A DNA stretch of 64,000 bases from an uncultured Acidobacteriota bacterium (GTDB lineage Bacteria > Acidobacteriota > Blastocatellia > RBC074). The notes beneath the pieces were generated by a model. The model ran no database searches. It was not told where the DNA came from and saw nothing but the letters and a program-made list of their open reading frames with translations. Below, piece after piece: positions 1 through 11,072 of the stretch (its first letter is position 1; each line of letters begins with the position of its first letter). The stretch is from positions 864,001-928,000 of the forward strand of contig CAWCKY010000001.1 in NCBI GenBank assembly GCA_963796275.1, given 5' to 3'. The translations under genes were made by a program, and so were the position numbers.

Positions 1-1
1 A

Positions 2-286
2 ACAATAGCCGTCTCGCGCTTGCTGCTGGACAATATCGATCACATTAAAGCTTACTGGGTGATGCTGGGGAAACGGCTCGCTCAGACTGCGCTTCATTAC
101 GGTGCGAACGATTTCGATGGCACTATCAGCGGCGGCGGCGAGTTGATGGAATCATATCTGGTCGAGGCGAAGAACGAGAATGAGGCGACGAAAGACGAGA
201 TCGTGAAACTAATCGCGGAGGCTGGATTTCATCCGATCGAACGCAATACGCTCTATCATCCCCTGAACGAATTTGTGGCGGCATAA
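2..286 (+). CDS. mqnE: Aminofutalosine synthase MqnE (CofH-family radical SAM), C-terminal part; 5' end outside the window
   Basis: The frame is open from base 2 and reads [19 protein letters not shown]...GANDFDGT...PIERNTLY, the MqnE-type C-terminus. It lies directly upstream of mqnD. Confidence 0.8.
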   Translation, partial: TIAVSRLLLDNIDHIKAYWVMLGKRLAQTALHYGANDFDGTISGGGELMESYLVEAKNENEATKDEIVKLIAEAGFHPIERNTLYHPLNEFVAA

Positions 287-288
287 AA

Positions 289-1128
289 ATGAAAAAAGAG
301 ATAAAAGTTGCACACAGTCCTGATTCGGACGACGCATTTATGTTTTACGGCCTCGCCACCGATCGGCTCGATACTGGCGAACTGCGATTCGTTCACGTTC
401 TCAAAGACATTCAAACGCTCAATCAGATCGCGATGACGACGCGCGATTACGATGTGACCGCTGTCTCGTTCCACGCATATGCCTATATCGCAGACGATTA
501 CATATTGCTGCCGCACGGGGCGAGCATCGGGGACGGGTATGGTCCGATACTCGTCGCGCGCGAGGATTTCTCGATTGGCGAGATCGCAAGCAAACGCATC
601 GCGGTGCCTGGAACTTTGACCAGCGCATTTCTCGCCTTAAGGCTGCATACGCCGGAATTTGAATATTCAGTCGTGCCCTTCGATCGGATAATCGATGAAG
701 TTGTGAGCGGAGAATATGACGCCGGCCTGCTCATCCACGAAGGGCAGCTGACTTATCAAGAAGATGGTTTGGTCAAGGTGTTAGATCTGGGTGAGTGGTG
801 GAAGAAAAAGACCGGCCTGCCGCTGCCGATGGGAGGCAACGCGATCAGGCGAGAATTGGGGCCTGAGTTGCAGCGGGAAGTGTCGCGCTGGCTTCATCGC
901 AGCATCGAGTTTTCAATGGAGAACCGCCGGGATGCGCTCGGCTACGCGATGCAATTCGCGCGCGAAATGCCGGTGGAAACCGCCGATAGATTTGTTGAGA
1001 TGTGGGTTAACAAGAGCACGCTCGGATATACCGAGAGAGATCGCCAGGCTGTGCAATTGATGCTCGATGAGGGTTACCGTAAGGGTGTGATCCCGCGCCA
1101 GGTTAATATTGAATTCGTGCCGTCCTGA
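289..1128 (+). CDS. mqnD: 1,4-dihydroxy-6-naphthoate synthase (futalosine menaquinone pathway)
   Basis: Motifs [29 protein letters not shown] and DLGEWW...GLPLPMGG; starts 2 bp after mqnE. Confidence 0.88.
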   Translation: MKKEIKVAHSPDSDDAFMFYGLATDRLDTGELRFVHVLKDIQTLNQIAMTTRDYDVTAVSFHAYAYIADDYILLPHGASIGDGYGPILVAREDFSIGEIASKRIAVPGTLTSAFLALRLHTPEFEYSVVPFDRIIDEVVSGEYDAGLLIHEGQLTYQEDGLVKVLDLGEWWKKKTGLPLPMGGNAIRRELGPELQREVSRWLHRSIEFSMENRRDALGYAMQFAREMPVETADRFVEMWVNKSTLGYTERDRQAVQLMLDEGYRKGVIPRQVNIEFVPS

Positions 1129-1249
1129 GGCAGTCTATCGGAGATGGACCGTAACAACGCTCATTTTCAGTACCGGCTTTAGGTTGGTATATCGAGGCAC
1201 ATTTCCCATCAGATCGTTTTTTTGATTTTTAAATCGCGATTCAAGTTCG

Positions 1250-1322
1250 AATCAGTACCGCGAGCGGTAGCGAGCGTTGTACCCGAACCAGTCGATTGAT
1301 TGAGACCCGCTCGCTACCGCTC
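1250..1322. repeat. REP-like palindromic element, copy 1
   Basis: aatcagtaccgcgagcggtagcgagcg ... cgctcgctaccgctc; the 27 bp left arm is identical to 33631-33657. Confidence 0.8.
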
Positions 1323-1376
1323 ACTAGCCCGCTTTGCGGGCTACAGCAATATCAAAAAACTTTGTTTTACAGAGAA

Positions 1377-1976
1377 CTATGTTTCTCCAGTTTTAGTTTC
1401 AGGCAATTGGTGTGTGGTATGTTCGCTGACGGAAGCCGGAAACATCCGATTCAGAGACGCGACATTCGCATCCGGATTAGGCGATGATTCGGCGACGGTT
1501 ATCACGAGTTGTTTTGATGTTTGATCGGAACCTAGATTCTTGGGAATCGTGAAATGCCAGCCGTTGAATAGGAGCCCAAGGCCGATCAGGAACGTGGTCA
1601 GCCCTAAACCGGAAACAAACAACAGCACCTCTTCATTAATTGCAATTCCGAGACAGGTAAAAGCTACTGCTGAACCCAGACCGATGGCGGCAACAAGCAT
1701 GCCGCTGCGAATGCGTCTCAGCCGTTTTTCTTCCGGAGTTTCGAGGAAATCCGCGACTCCCGGCAGCACCTCTTCAACGACCTTGCTCAACTCCTTGGCT
1801 GATTTCAATTCTCGGATTTTATCGGCGATGGCGCGGCCGATTTCATCGCGGGCAGAACCCAACAACTGCACGGTGGCATCAGGTTTCTCCAGGGCATTAC
1901 GAAACACACGGAGATCAGTGCCACACGAACGACAATATTGGCCATTCTGCTCTGAGCCGCACCCTGGACAATACAT
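1377..1976 (-). CDS. Hypothetical membrane protein with N-terminal zinc ribbon
   Basis: Starts MYCPGCG...YCRSCG, has two hydrophobic helices and ends SVSEHTTHQL. Confidence 0.75.
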   Translation of the reverse strand: MYCPGCGSEQNGQYCRSCGTDLRVFRNALEKPDATVQLLGSARDEIGRAIADKIRELKSAKELSKVVEEVLPGVADFLETPEEKRLRRIRSGMLVAAIGLGSAVAFTCLGIAINEEVLLFVSGLGLTTFLIGLGLLFNGWHFTIPKNLGSDQTSKQLVITVAESSPNPDANVASLNRMFPASVSEHTTHQLPETKTGET

Positions 1977-2096
1977 AATTTACCATCAAAAACTGATTTC
2001 ACCGCGAGGTAAAATCCGGTGAGGAGGCGCAGAAGGCTGGCGATTATTTCATCGCATTCTCTGCGCTCCTTCAACATCTGTCTAACAGCGTTATAT

Positions 2097-3038
2097 TTAA
2101 GCCTTACCGCTGAGCGCACGATTAATGCGCTCAATCGCCTCATCGATTTCAGCGTTGTTTTTGAACCCGATAACCATCGCATCTACGAAGCCGCATTTGA
2201 CGGCGTGTTGGACCGCTTTCTCGCGGTCTTCGGGTTTTGTGAAATCTCCGTTACCGCAGAGCTTCATAGCGATGATGCCACGACCGGCGGCGTGCATCGA
2301 CTTGATCTCCTTCATAGCCTCGTCGTATTTGCCCTGAGGAGCGTGAACATTGGGCAAGTCCTGGTCTACGTGGTGGCCTTGCGGATTGATGCGCGCGAGT
2401 TGGACTTCGACCCAATCGTTTTTGGTCGCGGCGCGCAGGGCCCGCAGCCCGTGGCACGAACAGCCTTTGGTTTTGATCCAGCCTTTCGCCTGGGCCTGAT
2501 CGAAGGCGTCCATCAGGGCCTTCATGTCTTCAACCCAGGTCTCTTTAGTCGCACAGTGGATCAACAGGCTGTCGAAATAGTCCGTGCCGAGTTCCTTTCG
2601 ATAACGATCCATCGTCGCCATCGGGTCTTTAATCGTCTCCTCCCGGATCGGCAACTTGGTCTGGATGAAGATTTGATCGCGCGGGATTTTGTTGGCCTTG
2701 ATTGCCTCGCGGATCAGCTCGTGGGTCTTGTAATTATCGGCGGTGTCGATGTAGCGGACTCCCCGCTCGTAAGCATAGGCGACCAGTTTATTGAAGCCTT
2801 CCTGGCCGAGGTCGCGCTGAACCTTACCATTAATCGACCCGGTGCCCATTCCGAGGCGCGGAATTTTGACATTATTTTTGTTGATGCGGCCGAGCTGCAC
2901 CCAATCCGAAGCCGTGCGAACGGGCGCGGCTTCGGCGTTCGATATCAACTCATTTCCGATCGCAACAACGCCAACGGTCTCGACTGATTTGCGGATGAAA
3001 TTGCGGCGACTGATCGTGCTCGTGTTCTGTTCGCTCAT
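2097..3038 (-). CDS. Aldo/keto reductase with Tat-like leader
   Basis: SRRNFI twin-arginine motif; [17 protein letters not shown] and [15 protein letters not shown] motifs. Confidence 0.85.
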   Translation of the reverse strand: MSEQNTSTISRRNFIRKSVETVGVVAIGNELISNAEAAPVRTASDWVQLGRINKNNVKIPRLGMGTGSINGKVQRDLGQEGFNKLVAYAYERGVRYIDTADNYKTHELIREAIKANKIPRDQIFIQTKLPIREETIKDPMATMDRYRKELGTDYFDSLLIHCATKETWVEDMKALMDAFDQAQAKGWIKTKGCSCHGLRALRAATKNDWVEVQLARINPQGHHVDQDLPNVHAPQGKYDEAMKEIKSMHAAGRGIIAMKLCGNGDFTKPEDREKAVQHAVKCGFVDAMVIGFKNNAEIDEAIERINRALSGKA

Positions 3039-3147
3039 TGATGCCCTTTCTTCGACGTAGATTATGACTTGTCAATCCAGAATACGACGGCGTATATACT
3101 TATATCTCATAAAATGTCGACCGTAGGCAACTCTATCTTCCGTAACA

Positions 3148-4191
3148 TTAATCTATTGCCGGCTGTTGCTGCGTTACGCAATGGATCGATCCGAGCCCCC
3201 ATATCAATTCCACGCAATCGATTGCGATGACTTGGCGGTCGACGAATATCTTCTGCAAGATTGCGCAAGCCTTCTCGTCATTTTCGTGTCGATACGCCGG
3301 CACGAGCACCGATTTGTTCGCGATGTAGAAATTGGCATAGCTCGCCGGCAGGCGCTGGCCATCAAAATAGAGTGGGCCCGGCATCGGAAGTTCGATCACG
3401 CGTAGCGGATTACCGAGCTCATCTTTCATGCGCAGCAGACGATCGTAATTATCTTTCAGAACCTCATAGTTTTCATCCTGCGGATCATCTTCGATTACCG
3501 TCACGACAGTGTCGGGCGAAACGAAGCGCGTCAAATCGTCTACGTGTCCATCCGTATCGTCTCCCGCGATTCCATCGCCTAGCCACAAAATATGCGAAAC
3601 GCCCAGATAATCTCTCATGTATTCTTCGATCTGATCCCGATTGAGATGCGGATTGCGATTGGGATTGAGCAGACACGCTTCGGTTGTGATTAACGATCCT
3701 CGTCCATTGACATCCAGCGACCCGCCTTCCATGACAATACCGGGCTTGAATAATGCCTCGCCCATTTCTTCGGCGATTCGCGACGGCACGACATCGTCAT
3801 TGAGGTAGGGCGGATATTTGTTGCCCCAGGCGTTATAACCCCAGTCATTGATCGCCCGTTCGCGTTTGCCGTCCCGGTCGCGCACAACGTAGATCGGCCC
3901 GTGATCTCGCACCCACGCATCATCGGTCGGATTGAAATGAATGCGCACGGCGTCGAGATTGACTCCGCCTTTTTGTAACCGAGAGCGGACCCGCCCCGCA
4001 AATTCCTCTTCGGCGACGTTGATGCGGACGAGTTCGGACTCGGTCAGATGTCTGGTGATTTCTACGAATATGGCAGGGATCTGTTCGAATGCGCCCGGCC
4101 AGCTGGCTTCTTTGTGCGGCCACGAAAGCCAGGTCGCTTCGTGCGGTTCCCATTCGGCGGGCATGAAATACCCAAGTTCTCTAGGCGTCAT
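3148..4191 (-). CDS. aguA: Agmatine deiminase (peptidylarginine deiminase family)
   Basis: MPAEWEPH, DAWVRDHGP, EGGS, DDTDGHVD and GSIHCVTQQ motifs. Confidence 0.92.
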   Translation of the reverse strand: MTPRELGYFMPAEWEPHEATWLSWPHKEASWPGAFEQIPAIFVEITRHLTESELVRINVAEEEFAGRVRSRLQKGGVNLDAVRIHFNPTDDAWVRDHGPIYVVRDRDGKRERAINDWGYNAWGNKYPPYLNDDVVPSRIAEEMGEALFKPGIVMEGGSLDVNGRGSLITTEACLLNPNRNPHLNRDQIEEYMRDYLGVSHILWLGDGIAGDDTDGHVDDLTRFVSPDTVVTVIEDDPQDENYEVLKDNYDRLLRMKDELGNPLRVIELPMPGPLYFDGQRLPASYANFYIANKSVLVPAYRHENDEKACAILQKIFVDRQVIAIDCVELIWGLGSIHCVTQQQPAID

Positions 4192-4295
4192 GACAGGAAG
4201 TTATCCCACAAAAACGGGGAATCAAGGGAAATAGAGCGTCTTTGTTTTCTATTTGTGCCATTTGTGTATTTTCTGTGTTTCGTGGTTACACTAGC

Positions 4296-5183
4296 TCAAT
4301 CGATAAATCTCTTAGTGATGTCCTGATAGGCATCGATTCGGCGGTCCCGCAAGAAGGGCCAATGCGTTCGCTGCACGTCGATTTTTGCGAAATCGCATTC
4401 GGCCATCAGTATCTGCTCTTCTTCGATTCCGGCTCTGGCAATGATCTGGCCGGATGGATCGGCGATGAAACTTTGGCCCCAGAATTGAATTCCGCCATTT
4501 TTATCGCCCTCATGCCCGACGCGATTTGCCACTGCGACATAAACTCCGTTGGCGATTGCGTGCGCTCGCTGAATCGTCTCCCACGACGAATGCTGGCGCT
4601 CGCCGTATTCTTCCTTCTCGCCCGGATGCCACCCGATGGCTGTCGGGTAGAACAGGATTTGCGCGCCAGCGAGCGCCGTGAGTCGAGCGCCTTCGGGGTA
4701 CCATTGGTCCCAACAGACCAACGTGCCGATCTTCCCATAGCTGGTTCCGAACGATTTGAAGCCGAGATCGCCAGGCGTGAAATAAAACTTCTCGTAATAG
4801 AGCGGATCGTCCGGGATGTGCATCTTGCGGTAGATGCCGATCAACGCGCCATCCCTATCCATCACAACCGCGGTGTTATGATAAACTCCGGGCGCGCGCT
4901 TCTCGAACAATGATCCGATGATAACGATTCCGCGCGCAGCTGCAAGTTTAGATAATACCTCCGTGGTCGGACCCGGAATCGGTTCGGCTAGCGCGAAATT
5001 GGCATGGTCTTCGCTCTGGCAGAAATATTGCGAACGAAACAACTCCTGTGTCGAGACGATGTGTGCGCCCTGTCTGGCAGCTTCTTCGATGCGAGCGAGG
5101 GCTTTGTCGAGATTTTCGCGCGGATCTTTGCTGCAGCTCATCTGGATGAGCGCGACATTGGCTTTATTGCTCCCTGATTTCAT
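4296..5183 (-). CDS. aguB: N-carbamoylputrescine amidase (carbon-nitrogen hydrolase)
   Basis: Glu-Lys-Cys triad in QELF, YRKMHIPDDP and VCWDQWYPE; C-terminal WPFLRDRR; adjacent to aguA. Confidence 0.9.
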   Translation of the reverse strand: MKSGSNKANVALIQMSCSKDPRENLDKALARIEEAARQGAHIVSTQELFRSQYFCQSEDHANFALAEPIPGPTTEVLSKLAAARGIVIIGSLFEKRAPGVYHNTAVVMDRDGALIGIYRKMHIPDDPLYYEKFYFTPGDLGFKSFGTSYGKIGTLVCWDQWYPEGARLTALAGAQILFYPTAIGWHPGEKEEYGERQHSSWETIQRAHAIANGVYVAVANRVGHEGDKNGGIQFWGQSFIADPSGQIIARAGIEEEQILMAECDFAKIDVQRTHWPFLRDRRIDAYQDITKRFID

Positions 5184-5203
5184 AGGTGATGATTATAAGA
5201 TGA

Positions 5204-5292
5204 AAGTTTTAAGTTTTCAGTTTTAAGTTTTCAGCTGGGTGATTTTCACTTGGCGGCTGAAATCTAAAACTGAAAACTTAAAACTTAAAACT
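5204..5292. repeat. Heptamer-periodic inverted repeat, (AGTTTTm)n ... (AAAACTk)n
   Basis: aagttttaagttttcagttttaagttttcagc ... gctgaaatctaaaactgaaaacttaaaacttaaaact. Confidence 0.85.
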
Positions 5293-5308
5293 AGTTTCTC
5301 GGAGGTCT

Positions 5309-7042
5309 ATGAAGAAATCGCTCTCCCGTGACAACGGCTCGTCTATCGATCGCCGCACATTCGTTAAGTTGCTCCCCGCAGCCGGCGCGGCAAGTTTCAC
5401 GATCACCAATCTCGACGTCTCGCATGTGCCGGCTCAACAGTCGCAACAGCCGGATAGGATCACGCAAGATATGCTGCACTCTGCCGAACAGTTGCTCGGA
5501 ATCGATCTGACTGATGAGCAGGAGACGATGGCTCTCAGCGGAGTCAATCGCAACCTCACAAACTACGAGACGCTGCGGAAGATCGACGTGCCGCTCGATA
5601 CGGAGCCAGCAACCGCCTTTCATCCGGCGCCGCCCGGTAAAAAATTTAACACCACCCGCACGCGGCGAACAATGAGTAAGGTTGATCTCCCGAAGTTCTC
5701 CTCAATCGATGAGCTCGCCTTTTCGCCCGTTACGCAACTGGCTGAGCTGGTGCGGACCAAACAAGTGTCGCCGGTCGCGCTGACGAAGATGTATCTGGAG
5801 CGGCTCAAGAAGTACGGGCCGAAATTGCTGTGCGTGGTGACCTTGACCGAAGAACTCGCGCTTAAACAGGCGGAGGATGCCGACCGGGAGATCAAGCGCG
5901 GCAGATATCGTGGGCCTCTCCACGGCATTCCGTGCGGCATCAAAGATTTATTTGCTACCAAAGGAATCAAGACGACTTGGGGCGCCGAGCCCTATCGCGA
6001 TCAGATGATCGATTATGATGCGACGGTGGTCGAGCGATTGCGCGATGCCGGCGCGGTGCTCGTGGCCAAACTCTCAATGGGAGCACTGGCAATGGGCGGG
6101 AGATGGTTCGCCGGAATGACGCGCAATCCCTGGCAGCCCGATGAGACAACGACGGGCTCGAGCGGCTCGTCTGCGGGCTCGGCCTCGGCGACCTCCGCGG
6201 GATTGGTCGGATTTTCAATAGGGACGGAGACGCTCGGCTCAATCGTCTCTCCTTCATCGCGCTGCGGTGTGACGGGATTGCGGCCGACTTACGGGCGCGT
6301 AAGCCGCTATGGCGCGATGGGGCTGAGCTGGACTATGGATAAGATTGGGCCGATGTGCCGCGCCGTTGAAGATTGCGCACTCGTGCTCGATGCGATCTAC
6401 GGCCCTGACAGCCGGGATATCACGGTCGGAGATGTGCCGTTCAACTGGAATCCCGACAGGCCGCTTTCTCAGATGCGAATCGGGTATGTGAAGGCAGAGT
6501 TCGAAGATGGCAACGAAGAGCAAAAATCGATGTATAAAGCCGCACTCGATGCGCTGCGCGGGGCGGGCGCGAAACTCGATCCAATCGAGTTGCCAAAATT
6601 TTCATCCCAAAGTTTGCGGATCATTCTCAATGCCGAGGCGGCGGCGGCATTCGACGACATCACGCGCGATGGCCGAGTGAATCAGTTATCCGGCCAGGCG
6701 CCGAGTGATTGGCCCAATTCTTTCCGCACCTCAAGATTTATTCCGGCTGTCGAATATCTCCGCGCTCAGCGCGCCCGGACTCTGCTAATCCGAGAGATGG
6801 ACAAGCTCATGTCGAATTGGGATGTGTTCGTCAGCCCAGCGCCCGGCAGCGCGAGTCTGCTCATCACCAATTTGACGGGTCATCCGGCGGTAGTCGCCCC
6901 CTGCGGATTCATCAATCATTTACCGCGGGCGATCATGTTCACGGGCGGATTGTATGATGAGGCGGCGCCGCTGCGGGTCGCTCTGGCATACGAGCGCGCG
7001 ACGAAGTGGCATACGATGCATCCGAAGCTGGATTTGGGATGA
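5309..7042 (+). CDS. Amidase-signature family enzyme with Tat signal
   Basis: DRRTFVK leader; GPLHGIPCGIKD, SSGSSAGS and GTETLGSI motifs; GGAGG RBS upstream. Confidence 0.9.
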   Translation: MKKSLSRDNGSSIDRRTFVKLLPAAGAASFTITNLDVSHVPAQQSQQPDRITQDMLHSAEQLLGIDLTDEQETMALSGVNRNLTNYETLRKIDVPLDTEPATAFHPAPPGKKFNTTRTRRTMSKVDLPKFSSIDELAFSPVTQLAELVRTKQVSPVALTKMYLERLKKYGPKLLCVVTLTEELALKQAEDADREIKRGRYRGPLHGIPCGIKDLFATKGIKTTWGAEPYRDQMIDYDATVVERLRDAGAVLVAKLSMGALAMGGRWFAGMTRNPWQPDETTTGSSGSSAGSASATSAGLVGFSIGTETLGSIVSPSSRCGVTGLRPTYGRVSRYGAMGLSWTMDKIGPMCRAVEDCALVLDAIYGPDSRDITVGDVPFNWNPDRPLSQMRIGYVKAEFEDGNEEQKSMYKAALDALRGAGAKLDPIELPKFSSQSLRIILNAEAAAAFDDITRDGRVNQLSGQAPSDWPNSFRTSRFIPAVEYLRAQRARTLLIREMDKLMSNWDVFVSPAPGSASLLITNLTGHPAVVAPCGFINHLPRAIMFTGGLYDEAAPLRVALAYERATKWHTMHPKLDLG

Positions 7043-7051
7043 ATTGAAAAG

Positions 7052-7141
7052 AAATAACCACGGCTAAAACACCGATGCGATGGATATTCGCGGGCTTAAT
7101 CCGAGTCAATCCGCCGCATCAGTGTTTAGCCGTGGTTATTT
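7052..7141. repeat. Long inverted repeat between convergent genes (possible bidirectional terminator or miniature element)
   Basis: aaataaccacggctaaaacaccgatgcg ... cgcatcagtgtttagccgtggttattt. Confidence 0.7.
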
Positions 7142-7173
7142 TTGATCTCCTAACTTTACTGCGTGCTACAAAG

Positions 7174-10100
7174 TTAGAAAGTAACCCTGAATCCGAACTG
7201 AAGGATACGAGGGGCAAAACGGAATGCGCGCATGTCACGCAAATCGTCCAACCTACCCGCTGTCGCATAGTTGAAGTTTAGCGACCCGAATCCGCCTCCC
7301 AGGCCGGTATAGGCGCTGAGACCTCTACGATTGAAGATATTGAAAGCATCGAAGTACGGCTCGATGCTGAGGTTCTTGACGAATCCTGCGTTCTCAATAT
7401 TGATCGGTCTGGTAAGACGGAGATCAAAGTTGAGCGGGTTTGATCCGAACGGGCTCGGATTGGTAACCGAGATCGACGGGATCGTGGGAGTCACCGCCAA
7501 AAGGCTTCTCAGCTCAGCTTCAGAGAATATCCCGGCATTAAGCAGAGCCTGTCCGGACAGCGTCAGTTTACCTGCCTGGGTCTGGTTGTACTGCGTGATA
7601 AGGTCGTTGAGCTCGCTCAAGCTATTCACATCGCTTCCCCATTGCCCCAAATTGATTCCGGGGAAAAGATCGGCGCTTGGCGTTGTACCAGTTCCGCCAT
7701 CACCATTGAGATCGGTCGTGAACATCGCATTTGCCCCGGTTATGCCCCCCAACGCCGGCATATTCAGCCTGGCCGGAGGATTGGTAACCGCGGTAACGAT
7801 CGTGCTCATCCTGAAGCCTCCAGGGGTATCGAAGGTAACGCCTCCTGAAAAATTGTGGCGGTAATTGAATGCATTGCCGCCGAAGTAGGCTTTGTTATTG
7901 ATGTTTCTGTTGTCACATGTTCCGGTGTTGAACTCGGCGCGCTGGGATCCGCAACTCGCGAGACTTTCACCGTAGGCGTAAGAAAACTGGAAGTTCGCAT
8001 TTTTGAATGCCCAAAGTGCTTTGGATGTCCGCCCCTGCCATTTAACCTGCAACGACTGATAGAACGAATAACCACCCGTCATAATGCGAGCGCGAAGCAG
8101 GTCTGGAGTCTTACCGGGAAAAAATGTGTCGTTTGCCAGGCCGAAGTTAGCGATGGACCTGCGCGGCTGGCCTGCCGGAGTCGCAGCGATCCAATCAGCG
8201 ACCGATAAACCGCCCAGCATTGATGCCACCCGCGCGCGTGCTGCATCTGCGTTAAAGAAAGCGGCATCGCGTCTGAACTCGTAATCTCGGAGGAAGAATG
8301 GCATTCCGACGCCACGGTTACGTACATAGTCGACCGATACGACGCTTCCACTCCAGAGCTCTTGTTGGAACCCGATGTTGAATTGCATCGAGTAAGGAAT
8401 TTTATAATCGCCCGGGAATATACCGCCTTGTGTACTACCCTGTGCGACTTCAAAGAGCGTATCACCAGTGGCCGGATCGAACTTGTAATTGGTATACGCT
8501 GCATTGAGGGCCTGGTGCACACTGGCGATTAGCGGAAGGACATTCTTGATTGGTTGATCCACTAAATCGTCGTAAACCCCATCAGGATGGTTGCCGTCAA
8601 CGTTGATCGGCGTGCCATCCGGTCCGAATACACCAGCCTGAGTGTACGAGTCAGGTCCAATCCCAGGCGGGATGAGAGAGAATTCGTTAAATAAGGTGTT
8701 ATTGAAAATGTTCATCTCATATGCGAGGTAGAAACCGCCGCGGATCGATGTCTTGCCCTTCCCAAGCGGATCCCAGGCAAACCCGAAACTCGGACCGAAA
8801 CGATTCTTCGGGAATTTGGGCGCTTGCAGTGAAGGTTGATGAACAGCGCCTATGATGGCCGCGCGCCGCGCCCCATCCTCCTCTTCCTTGTTGAAATAGC
8901 CTGTGTCGTATTGCCAGCGTGTGCCGAAGTTGAGCGTCAGATTGCGGCGCGCCCTCCAACTGTCGCCTATATACCAGGCGAAACGATTGTTGTAGTTTCC
9001 GCCGAACGGGAAACCGTGGGCAGGCGGTATCGTGAAGAATCCGTTAGCAGGACCGGTTGAAAAAGAGGTGAGCGGATACTCCAGTGGGTCCTGGGGATTC
9101 GCACCGCGAGCGATGACCTGGTCACGTGTCCCTCCTGGATCGGCAGTGAAACTTCCGGTAATCGATAACGGTCCGGCGAAGTTTGCGAACCCTCCAAGGA
9201 CGATTCTATTGACCTCACCGCCGTAGCGGAGCGTGTGGTTGCTGACCGACCAACTCCCGTCGTATTTGCTCTGGAAGTTATCCTGATAGGTCTGCTGCGG
9301 TGCGTTGCCATTCGGTCCGAGATCATACTCACCCACATCGAGAGAGTAAGGTATTCCACCCCCCGCAGTGGCAAAGGGAAATGCCGGGAATTCCTGGCTG
9401 GTGATATTGTTATTGAAGTTGACGTACCCGAACCGTATCGAATGAGTCGCCCGCGCCCGCGTGTAATCGACGCCGGCCGCGTGAACATTGGTCCAGTTGA
9501 TGTTCTGGAAAGGCGATTGGCCGGTGCCGCCACTCGATCTATCCCAGCTATGGTTGGCCCGGTAGAAGAGGCGGGTCGCACCACTGAGATTCCAATCGAG
9601 CCTTCCCGAAGCCAGACGATTGTCCCGGGGAATCCCGACATTCCCAGCCATTTGCGGGAAAAATTGAAAATCAGCGGGATCGTACTGGAGATTCTCCTGT
9701 TGATAGAATCGTTCCAACGTCCCGAAAAAGAAGAGTTTGTTCTTGATGATCGGTCCACCTGCGTTGGCACCCAGCTGTTTGCGGTCGAACGGTTGATTCG
9801 TATCTTGGGAAGGGGCCTGCTTCGCCGACAGCCGCTGGTCGCGCCAGAATAAGAAGCCGCTGCCGTGATACTCGTTACTGCCGCTGCGCGTCGCGATGTT
9901 GACCGCCCCGGAAGATGTCAGCGAGGTCGACATATCGAGCGATGAGCGGCTCAGCTGGAACTCTGAGATAGCTTCGTTCGATATGTTCGATGTGGTCGTC
10001 CCGACCGTTTCATCGGTTACATCGATCCCATCGATCTGTACGCGTGTGCCTGTTCCACCACGACCTGAGATGCCCACCGCGCGATACGCATTGGCCTTGG

Positions 10101-10626
10101 TCGGATCGACATCCCCTCCATCCATCACGCTCACCCCGGGTTCCAGTCTAGCCAGATCGAGGAAGTTGCGCGCATTGAGCGGCAGTTGTTCGATCTGCTT
10201 GGCCCGGATGACGCCGTCCACCGTCTGCCGGCTGGTATCTACCTGAACATCGGTGCCCGCGGTGACCTCCACCACTGTCGACGTCGTGCCGATTTGTAGA
10301 GATGTGCTGACATTTGCCACCTGGCCGACCAGCACTGTCACATTTTCAAAGACGGCAGGGCTGAACCCCGATGATTCAATCCTGACGCTGTATATGCCAG
10401 GTAACAACGCGCGCACGACAAAGAAACCATCCGCGTTCGTATTAGCGCTGATTTGACGACTCGTAGCCTTTTCGATGATCTTGACTTGAGCATTAGTTAC
10501 CACCGCTCCCGTTTGATCGGTGATAGTCCCTTCAATCGAGCCGACCGGTTGTTGAGCAAAAGCATTCAAATAATTTGAGAGTAATAGCAGGGTGATTACT
10601 CCAAGTAATAATGAGTTTCTCCGCAT
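7174..10626 (-). CDS. Oar-like TonB-dependent receptor with N-terminal carboxypeptidase-regulatory-like domain
   Basis: Signal peptide; GSIEGTITDQTGAVV, LPLNARNFLDL and TRSGSNEYHGS motifs; C-terminal QFGFRVTF. ATG at 10626 has an AGGAGG RBS. Confidence 0.9.
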   Translation of the reverse strand: MRRNSLLLGVITLLLLSNYLNAFAQQPVGSIEGTITDQTGAVVTNAQVKIIEKATSRQISANTNADGFFVVRALLPGIYSVRIESSGFSPAVFENVTVLVGQVANVSTSLQIGTTSTVVEVTAGTDVQVDTSRQTVDGVIRAKQIEQLPLNARNFLDLARLEPGVSVMDGGDVDPTKANAYRAVGISGRGGTGTRVQIDGIDVTDETVGTTTSNISNEAISEFQLSRSSLDMSTSLTSSGAVNIATRSGSNEYHGSGFLFWRDQRLSAKQAPSQDTNQPFDRKQLGANAGGPIIKNKLFFFGTLERFYQQENLQYDPADFQFFPQMAGNVGIPRDNRLASGRLDWNLSGATRLFYRANHSWDRSSGGTGQSPFQNINWTNVHAAGVDYTRARATHSIRFGYVNFNNNITSQEFPAFPFATAGGGIPYSLDVGEYDLGPNGNAPQQTYQDNFQSKYDGSWSVSNHTLRYGGEVNRIVLGGFANFAGPLSITGSFTADPGGTRDQVIARGANPQDPLEYPLTSFSTGPANGFFTIPPAHGFPFGGNYNNRFAWYIGDSWRARRNLTLNFGTRWQYDTGYFNKEEEDGARRAAIIGAVHQPSLQAPKFPKNRFGPSFGFAWDPLGKGKTSIRGGFYLAYEMNIFNNTLFNEFSLIPPGIGPDSYTQAGVFGPDGTPINVDGNHPDGVYDDLVDQPIKNVLPLIASVHQALNAAYTNYKFDPATGDTLFEVAQGSTQGGIFPGDYKIPYSMQFNIGFQQELWSGSVVSVDYVRNRGVGMPFFLRDYEFRRDAAFFNADAARARVASMLGGLSVADWIAATPAGQPRRSIANFGLANDTFFPGKTPDLLRARIMTGGYSFYQSLQVKWQGRTSKALWAFKNANFQFSYAYGESLASCGSQRAEFNTGTCDNRNINNKAYFGGNAFNYRHNFSGGVTFDTPGGFRMSTIVTAVTNPPARLNMPALGGITGANAMFTTDLNGDGGTGTTPSADLFPGINLGQWGSDVNSLSELNDLITQYNQTQAGKLTLSGQALLNAGIFSEAELRSLLAVTPTIPSISVTNPSPFGSNPLNFDLRLTRPINIENAGFVKNLSIEPYFDAFNIFNRRGLSAYTGLGGGFGSLNFNYATAGRLDDLRDMRAFRFAPRILQFGFRVTF

Positions 10627-11072
10627 ATTTCCTCCTAAGTTTTTTGCAGTTCGGTCGCTATGACCGCTCATGCGGGCCAAGTTCTTGCAAATTTATTTTT
10701 TTAACTGAATCTGGAACCTATCATCACCCGCTGCATCTCTCGTCGCTGCAGTGATTCGGGTTCCGTTCGGTGGTGCTTAAACCAAATGCAGACTGATCTC
10801 TTCGTTGTTCACAGCTGATAAGTCGCCTGTATTCCCAGGTTCGTTTGCTATCAGCTGACCAGCTGCCTGTATTCCATCTGAATGTTGTCCTTGTAATTAA
10901 AAAAAGGCAAGAGCTGTTCCAATAATATGGAACAAGCAGGAGTGTTTATAACACGCGTAGATACAGAGTTTAAAGAGGAAGGGCGGAGATAGCTTAATAT
11001 TTAAATTCAGAAATTTGAAATAATATTTAGTTTTTCGAATTATTTTTATAAGTCTATTAACGAATTGAATAC

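Noticed and set aside
2019-2987. Long antisense ORFs (also 17962-19146, 44401-45717, 23655-24467, 4242-4913)
   Set aside because: They are shadows of well-supported genes on the opposite strand in GC-rich DNA and have no recognisable motifs.
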